Assembly (NCBI GenBank): GCA_963731995.1
Contig: CAVSXV010000004.1
Location: 576,973 to 640,972, forward strand
Direction: 5' to 3'
Length of the DNA stretch: 64,000 bases
Origin: an uncultured Chloroflexia bacterium
GTDB taxonomy: Bacteria > Chloroflexota > Limnocylindria > Limnocylindrales > CSP1-4
Part shown: positions 57,763 through 64,000 of the stretch, one piece after another
Position numbering within the stretch: position 1 is the stretch's first letter
Layout: each line of letters starts with the position of its first letter
Position numbers and translations under genes: made by a program
Notes under the pieces: generated by a model
Databases searched by the model: none
What the model was told of the DNA's origin: nothing
The model's input: the letters and a program-made list of their open reading frames with translations, nothing else

Positions 57763-58569
57763 ATGCCCACACGAACGGTCGAACTCATCAGGCACCCCAT
57801 GCGAGTGCGCACGCTGGAGGTGCGGGCCATCAAGCAGACCGGGCCGATCTACCAGCTCATCACGCTCGGTGGCGACGACCTGGCCGACTTCCAGACCCTG
57901 GGCCCGACCGACCACGTGGGCATCGTGCCGCCGACCGAGAACGGGCTCGCCCTACCCGACGTGGTCGATGACCGTCTCCGCTGGCCCGATGGCGAGCGCT
58001 CGCCGATGCGCGAGTACACCGTCCGCCGCTTCGATCCCCAGCAGCGTGAGCTGGCCGTGCGTGTCCTGCTCCACGGTGGCGGCCCGGTCTCTCGATGGGC
58101 AGCCGGCGCCCAAGTCGGCCAGCAGGTCGGCGTCATCGGCCCCCGAGCGTCGAAGGTGATGCCCGACGGCTTCGCCAACTACCTCGTGCTCGGTGACCTC
58201 ACCGCGGTCCCGGCCGTCGCTCGTTGGCTGAGCGTGCTGCCCGAGGGTGCGATGGCACAGGTGCTCATGGCCGCTCGTTCGGAGGCGGATGTCGTCGAGT
58301 TCCAGGCGTCGGTGCCGATATCGGTGCTGTGGCTAACGGACCTCGCGACCCCCGAGGCGGACTTCCTGCTGCCGGCGCTCAAGGAGCTGGAGCTCTACTC
58401 GTCGGACACCTTCGCCTGGGCTGCCGGTGAGGCCGTGGCCATGAAGGAGCTCCGACGCATCCTGCTCGAGCATCACCGCCTGCCGAAGGAGAACGTCAAG
58501 GTCACCGGCTACTGGCGCCGCGATCGCCCGACTTCGATTACGACGCCCCGCTCGACGTTTGACGCGTAG
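57763..58569 (+). CDS. siderophore-interacting protein (FAD-binding 9 / ViuB-like reductase)
   Basis: 'REYTVRRFD', 'GPVSRWAAGAQVGQQVGVIGP', 'YLVLGDLTAVPAVARWL' and 'FAWAAGEAVAMKELRRIL' are present. AGAGGAGGGG precedes ATG 57763. Confidence 0.75.
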   Translation: MPTRTVELIRHPMRVRTLEVRAIKQTGPIYQLITLGGDDLADFQTLGPTDHVGIVPPTENGLALPDVVDDRLRWPDGERSPMREYTVRRFDPQQRELAVRVLLHGGGPVSRWAAGAQVGQQVGVIGPRASKVMPDGFANYLVLGDLTAVPAVARWLSVLPEGAMAQVLMAARSEADVVEFQASVPISVLWLTDLATPEADFLLPALKELELYSSDTFAWAAGEAVAMKELRRILLEHHRLPKENVKVTGYWRRDRPTSITTPRSTFDA

Positions 58570-58571
58570 CG

Positions 58572-59720
58572 TCACTCCGGTGCGGTGATCCGGTAGATGA
58601 AGCCGGCCTTGTCGTCGGAGACGTAGAGCGCACCATCGGCCCCGTCGATGACTCCGGCCGGACGTCCTGTCGCTTGCCCGGTCTGAGGATCGAGGAAGCC
58701 GCCCACGAGCACCTTCGGGGGACCGTCCGGCCCATCATCCCAGGGTAGCCACCACACCTCGTAGCCGACCTTCTCCGAGCGATTCCAGGAGCCATGGAAG
58801 GCGATGACGGCGCCGCCGTCCCAGAAGGTGATGCCGAGCGGCGCCATGTGCGCCTGGAACGTGGCCGCGGGTGCGACGACGCCCTCACAGCCGATCTCAC
58901 CGGTCGTCGGGTCAGGCTCATCGCCGAAGTCGGGATCGACGATGTCCCCGGCGTGGCAGCGAGGCCAGCCGGCATCGGCCCCATCGACCACCCGGTAGAG
59001 CGTTTCGGGCGGCAGGTCGTCGCCGAGCAAGTCGCGGCCGTTGACCGTGGCCCAGGCCTCACCCGTGGCCGGGTCGAAGGCCACGCCGACGGCGTTGCGC
59101 AGGCCGCGCATGAGTACGCGCCAGCTACCGCCCTCAGGCGGAGCGGTGATGATCGCGGCACGCTCCGTATCTTGCTCCCAGCAGACGTTGCAGCTGGACC
59201 CGACGCTGACCAGCAGCGACCCGTCCGGAGCCACCGCGACGGTGCGTGTCGAGTGCTGCCCGCCGGGCACGTAATCCAGGATGACCTCGCGGCTCACTTC
59301 GCGAAGCTGCTCATCGAGCGTCACCCGGAAGAGCGAGCCGGTCCCCGCGACCAGCAGCGATCCGTCTTGGGCGAAGGCCACGGAGTGGGCCACACCGTAG
59401 CCGGAGCCGACCACGATCTTCTCGTCGGCTCGCCCATCGCCATCGCGGTCTGGCAGCGCGGCCACCTGATCCTCGCCCGGTTCGGCCACGAAGAGTGTGC
59501 CGTCGTCGGCAACGGCCATGAAGCGCGGGTGGTCCAGGCCAGAGGCGTAGACACCGGCCTCGAATCCGTCGGGCAGGATCAACGCCGTTTCGCCTGGTGA
59601 GCCCGAATCGAGGCTGACACCGGCGGCCTTCATCAGGGGCTCGCGCAGGATCCACCCCGTCACGCCCAGCAAGGCCACGACCGCGAGGGCGAAGAGCGTG
59701 AGCCGGAATATCCGCTGCAT
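58572..59720 (-). CDS. PQQ-dependent sugar (glucose/sorbosone) dehydrogenase-like beta-propeller
   Basis: An N-terminal anchor is followed by 'GLDHPRFMAVADDGTLFVAE', 'RNAVGVAFDPATGEAWATVNGRD' and 'AGWPRCH'. Confidence 0.7.
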   Translation of the reverse strand: MQRIFRLTLFALAVVALLGVTGWILREPLMKAAGVSLDSGSPGETALILPDGFEAGVYASGLDHPRFMAVADDGTLFVAEPGEDQVAALPDRDGDGRADEKIVVGSGYGVAHSVAFAQDGSLLVAGTGSLFRVTLDEQLREVSREVILDYVPGGQHSTRTVAVAPDGSLLVSVGSSCNVCWEQDTERAAIITAPPEGGSWRVLMRGLRNAVGVAFDPATGEAWATVNGRDLLGDDLPPETLYRVVDGADAGWPRCHAGDIVDPDFGDEPDPTTGEIGCEGVVAPAATFQAHMAPLGITFWDGGAVIAFHGSWNRSEKVGYEVWWLPWDDGPDGPPKVLVGGFLDPQTGQATGRPAGVIDGADGALYVSDDKAGFIYRITAPE

Positions 59721-59728
59721 GGTGGCGC

Positions 59729-60052
59729 CTAGGAGCTGTGCTTGAGCAGGGTCAGCAGCAACACCAGCGGCGTCTTCGCGACCACGCTGTGGGGCGTGTT
59801 GGCTGGCATGTGCAGCCAGGTGCCCGGACGGCCTTCGATCACATCGTCGCCCAGCGTGATGGTGGCTTCGCCCTCGACCACCTCGAGCGTCACCGGCATG
59901 GGAGCGGTGTGGTCGGACAGCTGCTGACCAGTTGCGAACGAGAAGTGCACCACGCGCACGTCATCGTCGTTGTAGATGGCCCGGCTGACGATGCCGTCGT
60001 CGGGTGTCTCGACCGGTGCACGCAGGTCGACGATGGTGGGCGAGTCGGTCAT
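59729..60052 (-). CDS. cupin-domain protein
   Basis: 'LSDHTAPMPVTLEVVEGEATITLGDD...WLHMPANTPHSV' is present. ATG 60052 was chosen inside ORF 59729..60397. Confidence 0.7.
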   Translation of the reverse strand: MTDSPTIVDLRAPVETPDDGIVSRAIYNDDDVRVVHFSFATGQQLSDHTAPMPVTLEVVEGEATITLGDDVIEGRPGTWLHMPANTPHSVVAKTPLVLLLTLLKHSS

Positions 60053-60096
60053 GGCTGGCGTTCCTTGGACTACGTGGCTGGGAACCACGGTAAATC

Positions 60097-60587
60097 CTAG
60101 AGCGTTCGACCATGCGGTGGATGCTGCAGCTCCTTGCGGAACCAGTGGGTCGCGAAGGGCTCCTCGTTGAATGGCTCTACCTCGACGTAGCCGTGCTTCC
60201 GGTACATCGCCAGGGCCGCGTCGAGCTGCTCGTTCGTCTCGAGCCGCGTTGCCGTCTTGCCGGCTGCTGCGGCCGCGGCCTCCAGCTCGTCGAGCAGCCG
60301 ACCTGCCCAGGCCATGGCCGCGCATGCCGGGCGCGACCCACATGCGCTTGATCTCGCCGATCTCGCCCTCGAGCAGCTTCACCGCGCCACAGCCCACGGG
60401 CAGCCCGCCGACTCGCGGACGACCAGCACCAGTCCGCGCGGGCGCGTGAGCTCATCGACGCCCAGCGGCAGAGCCGTGTCGAGCGTCATAGCCGAAGTTC
60501 GACGCCGAGCTCGAGGTAGTACTGCTCGAAGCACCAGCGCACATCGTCGCTGTCGGCGGGTTCCTCAGCGATGGCGAAGCTGTCCAT
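60097..60587 (-). pseudogene. GNAT-family N-acetyltransferase, about three frame breaks
   Basis: 'MDSFAIAEEPADSDDVRWCFEQYYLELG', 'GLPVGCGAVKLLEGEIGEIKRMWVAPGMRGHGLG' and 'RLLDELEAAAAAAGKTATRLETNEQLDAALAMYRKHGYVEV' lie in three different frames. Breaks are near 60305, 60400 and 60490. Confidence 0.6.
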
Positions 60588-60628
60588 GTCGCGGTGAGTA
60601 TCGCGCCTTTGCGCCGTACCATCGAGAT

Positions 60629-62573
60629 ATGAGCGACACACAGACCCTGCCCTACGGCTCCTGGCCGTCTCCCATCAGCATCGACCTCGCGGTCGGTTCC
60701 TCGCGCGGGCTTTCCGAGCCCCGCCAGGACGGCGATGACATCTACCTCCTCGAGTCACGCCCCGAAGAGCAGGGCCGCGTCGTGCTCCTGCTCCGACGCA
60801 CGCCCGACGGCGAGCTCACCGACATGGCGCCCGGGCTCAACGTCCGCACCCGCGTCCACGAGTACGGCGGCGGCGCCTATACCGGTCACCGACGGCGTCA
60901 TCGTCTTCAGCGAGTTCGACGACAACCGCCTGCTGCTCAAGGGCTCGCCCGAGGATGAGCCGGTCGAGCTCGTCACCGATCCGGCGCTGCGCTTCGCCGA
61001 CCTGGCGCTCGACATCGTGCGCGACCGCGTCTACGCCGCGATGGAGGACCAGACCAGCGTCGGCCATCGGCGCGCGCAATCTGCTCGTCGCGGTCTCGCT
61101 CGCCGACGGCGCCATCACCGAGCTCGCGAGCGGGCCACGACTTCTACTCCGACCCGGTCCTGAGCCCGGACGGTTCGCGCCTCGCCTTCCTCACCTGGGA
61201 CTTCCCGCAGATGCCCTGGGACGGCACCGACCTGTGGGTGGCGACCGATCGAGGCCGACGGCACGCTGGGTGAGCCCGTCCATGTCGCGGGCGGTACGCG
61301 CGAGTCGGTCCTGCAGCCCAAGTGGGCGCCCGACGGGGCGCTGTCTACGGCTCCGACCGGAGCGACTGGTGGAACCTCTATCGCTGGCGCGAGGGTGCCG
61401 CGGGTTCATCCGCGGTGGCGCCCATGCCGAGGCGGAGATCGGCGGCCCCCAGTGGGTCTTCGGGCTCTCGGACTACGACATCGACGCCGACGGCACGATC
61501 TACGCCTTCGCCCACGGACCCGAAGGTGCCCGGCTGCTGGCGCTGGGCTCGGGCGAGGCGTCCCCGTGAGATCGACTTCGCCGAGAACGGCCTCGGCCTA
61601 CGTGCGCGTCGCTGACGGTGTGCTCACCGCCATCGCAGGCTGCCTTCACCCGACCGACCGCGCTGGTGCGGCATCGACCTCGCCGCGGGCACCGAAGAGC
61701 GGTTGCTCGAGGCGAGCACCTTGACGGTGGATGAGGCCTACCTCTCGACGCCGACAGCACGTGGCCTTCCCGACCTCGGGCGAGCGCACGGCCTACGGCT
61801 GGTACTACCCGCCGACCAACCCCGACGCCGTTGCGCCCGAGGGCACCCGTCCGCCACTGGTGGTCATGTCACACGGTGGGCCCACGAGCGAGGCGCGTAC
61901 GTCGCTGAGCCTGCAGCGCCAGGCCTTCACCAGCCGCGGCTTCGCGGTCATCGACGTCGACTACGGCGGATCCACCGGCTACGGCCGCGCCTTCCGCGAC
62001 CAGCTGCGTGAGCAGTGGGGGATCGTCGACGTCGACGATTGCACCGCGGCCGCCACCTGGCTGGCTGAGCAGGGTCTGGCCGATCCGGAGCAGCTGGCCA
62101 TCCGGGGCGGCAGCGCCGGTGGCTACACCACGCTGGCCACGCTCTGCTTCAAGGACGTCTTCAGCGCCGGTACCTCGTTCTACGGACTCGGCGACCTGGA
62201 GGCGTTCACTGACATCACCCACAAGTTCGAGTCGCGCTACATGGACGTGCTCATCGGGCCCTACCCCGAGATGGCCGAGCGCTATCGAGAACGCTCGCCG
62301 GACAACCACAGCGACCAGATCCGCTGCCCGGTGCTGGTGATGCAGGGAGCGGACGACAAGATCGTGCCGCCATCGCAGGCGGAAGGCATCGTGCGGGCGC
62401 TGCAGCGCAACGGCCTGCCGCACGCCTACATCCTCTTCGCGGGGGAGGGGCACGGCTTCCGCATGGCTGCCAACCAGCAGCGCGCACTCGAGGCCGAGCT
62501 CTCGTTCTACGCCCAGGTCTTCGGGTTCGAGCTCGCTGACGACTTCGCGCCACTCGAGGTCGTCGGCCTCTAG
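60629..62573 (+). pseudogene. S9-family serine peptidase (prolyl oligopeptidase/acylaminoacyl-peptidase type); the N-terminal propeller part has at least 7 frame breaks
   Basis: The intact catalytic part is ORF 61731..62573 ('LAIRGGSAGGYTTLA', 'PVLVMQGADDKIVP', 'GEGHGF'). Propeller segments ('YGSWPSPIS', '[35 protein letters not shown]', 'GPQWVFGLSDYDIDADGTIYAF') alternate between frames from 60.88 to 61.78 kb. Confidence 0.7.
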
Positions 62574-62647
62574 AGACCGGGCACAGGAACGACGGCCGCC
62601 GGGAGAGGGATCGGCGGCCGTCAGGGAAGAGGGAGGAGAGGTTTCGG

Positions 62648-63306
62648 TCAGGCGTCGGTCGTGGCTGCCTCCTCGGTGGTCTCGTCGACGACCGCCCCGG
62701 CGTCCTCTCGGTTCGTCGGCCGTGGTCGTATCGGTGTCCGTGGCGGGCTGGATCATCACGCGGGAGGCGACGAAGTCGGCTCCGTCCTCGGAGTCGGACC
62801 AGACGACGATCTCAGCTGCCGGCCTCGATGGTTGCCGCGTCGACCTGGGTCGGGACCATCCGGGTGCGGCTCCAGCCGCGGTTGCTGGTGACCTCCTGCT
62901 CCTCGAGCGCGTAGACCTCGGTGTCCTCATCGATGACGACGCTGACGGCCTCGCCACTGCCGAGCGAGAAGCTCAGGCTGCTGTCGCTGGCGCTGTCCGC
63001 GATGCCTTGTTCGACGCGCACGCTGGTCATGCCGTCGGCGGTCTGGACGGTGCGCTCGGTCCGCTCGACATCCGCGCCGAAGCCACGCAGGCCGCCCAAG
63101 CCAGGCTCTCCGCGCATCATGCCGCGGTCGCCACGCATCATCTCGCCGCCCCACGGGGCATCCATACCGGCCATGCCGCGTCCGGCAGGGCCCGGACCGC
63201 GGTCGTCGTCGCGCGGGCCGGCGGCGGAGACTGCCGCCGATCCGGCGAGGACCAGGGCCATGGTGGTGCCGACGATCGCGGCGGTGCGGGTGCTGTTCCT
63301 GTTCAT
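62648..63306 (-). pseudogene. secreted Gly/Met/Arg-rich hypothetical protein, about two frame breaks
   Basis: Signal peptide 'MNRNSTRTAAIVGTTMALVLAGSAAVSAA', then 'GRGMAGMDAPWGGEMMRGDRGMMRGEPG'. The C-terminal part 'EIVVWSDSEDGADFVASRVMIQPATDTD...EEAATTDA*' continues in other frames (breaks near 62815 and 62695). Confidence 0.45.
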
Positions 63307-63501
63307 CTGTTGCTGACCTCGTGGTTCCGCTACGGCGCGAGGGAGGGTCGCGCCGGTCCACCTGGTCGGTGTGACCTGTCGAACGATGGGGACCACAGGT
63401 ATGTCGTGGTGATGGGGCACGTAATCGCGGAGTAAGACGTGGGCGCCATGCTCCGAGACGGCGAGCTTGGCTATGGTTGGAGCCGTGTGTTATAGTCCAT
63501 G

Positions 63502-63576
63502 GGCGAGGTGGAGCAGTGGTAGCTCATCGGGCTCATAACCCGAAGGTCGGCGGTTCGAATCCGTCCCTCGCAACCA
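63502..63576 (+). tRNA. tRNA-Met (CAU), initiator type
   Basis: It folds by hand. The anticodon arm tcggg-cTCATaa-cccga has three consecutive G-C pairs next to the loop. Position 1:72 is unpaired (G1/A72). The T arm is ggcgg-ttcgaat-ccgtc and CCA is encoded. The arm is near-identical to the classical bacterial tRNA-fMet arm. Confidence 0.85.
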
Positions 63577-63594
63577 ACCGATTACTGACGTGAG

Positions 63595-63628
63595 AACCCC
63601 GGGTCCCGCCCCCGGGGTTTTCCTTTTG
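63595..63628 (+). terminator. intrinsic terminator after the tRNA-Met
   Basis: A 9-bp perfect stem 'aaccccggg' / 'cccggggtt' with a 7-nt loop is followed by the T-rich 'ttccttttg'. Confidence 0.7.
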
Positions 63629-63727
63629 CTTCGCTTCTTCGCTTCGCTGCCCTGATCTTATCCTTCCCAGCGCGCTGATATTTCACGCTCTGCGGGCCAT
63701 TCGGGCCGGACGTACTATCTGACCACG

Positions 63728-64000
63728 ATGTCAAGACACGCCACGATCTTCCTGATCCTGTCGGCCCTCCTGGTCCTGCTGGCCACGCCCGCGACGGCCC
63801 AGGAGGAGGCTGCCTCCCCCGCCCCCACAGCGCGTGCCGCCCCCACGCAGTCGACCGAGCCGAGCGAGACGACCGAGCTGCAGACGCCGGCGGCGCCGAC
63901 CGCCATCCCGGCGAGTGATGGTCCGGTCGTGCAGGCCGTCTTCTTCTTCTCGCCGCTCCTGTGGGCACTGCGAGTACGTGATCACCTCCGTCCTGCCGGG
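63728..64000 (+). CDS. secreted thioredoxin-fold (CxxC) protein; 3' end outside the window, frame break near 63945-63950
   Basis: Signal peptide 'MSRHATIFLILSALLVLLATPATAQ'. After 'VQAVFFFSP', a 1-nt shift exposes 'CGHCEYVITSVLP', a typical thioredoxin-like CxxC motif. Confidence 0.45.
   Translation, partial: MSRHATIFLILSALLVLLATPATAQEEAASPAPTARAAPTQSTEPSETTELQTPAAPTAIPASDGPVVQAVFFFSPLLWALRVRDHLRPAG

Noticed and set aside
57213-58159. Continuation of ORF 55727..58159 beyond threonine synthase.
   Set aside because: It is out of frame with the true thrC C-terminus, which ends at 57212 in another frame. It overlaps the deaminase (antisense) and SIP genes.

Overview
GC-rich bacterial chromosomal segment; codon third positions are dominated by G/C. 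It looks Actinomycetota- or Chloroflexota-like, but the taxon cannot be assigned from sequence alone. I can support about 70 protein-coding genes or gene remnants, two tRNAs (Lys-UUU, initiator-type Met-CAU), one decayed tRNA-like copy, two short tandem repeats, three hairpin terminators and two LacI-type operator candidates.

Content by region:
- 0-6.3 kb: a respiratory bc-type operon. It encodes a GltD-like Fe-S flavoprotein, split cytochrome b6 plus subunit IV, a Rieske protein, a cytochrome c fused to two cupredoxin domains, and a Kelch membrane protein.
- 6.3-20.6 kb: housekeeping and envelope genes, including rhodanese, an aminotransferase, aroK, a J-domain protein, manA, a K+ channel, and DUF4397, CIA30 and DUF6159 proteins.
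- 20.6-34.9 kb: a decayed accessory region next to tRNA-Lys. It holds an integrase remnant, an IS21 remnant, truncated genes, an ECF sigma module and orphan ORFs.
- 37.6-42.9 kb: a same-strand array of paralogous secreted proteins of unknown family.
- 43-63 kb: mostly housekeeping. It includes an MFS transporter, an aldolase, an LLM oxidoreductase, an rpoD-like sigma factor with an ~85-aa insertion, a polysaccharide deacetylase, YbaK, a GDP-mannose-3,5-epimerase / GHMP kinase / cytidylyltransferase / LacI cluster, thrC, a deaminase, SIP, a PQQ sugar dehydrogenase, a cupin, GNAT and an S9 peptidase.

No CRISPR array, rRNA or intact mobile element was seen. About 30 reading-frame breaks occur in tight patches while long neighbouring genes stay intact. 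Assembly indels and true pseudogenes cannot be told apart without reads. All family assignments come from motif recognition by eye, not from database searches.
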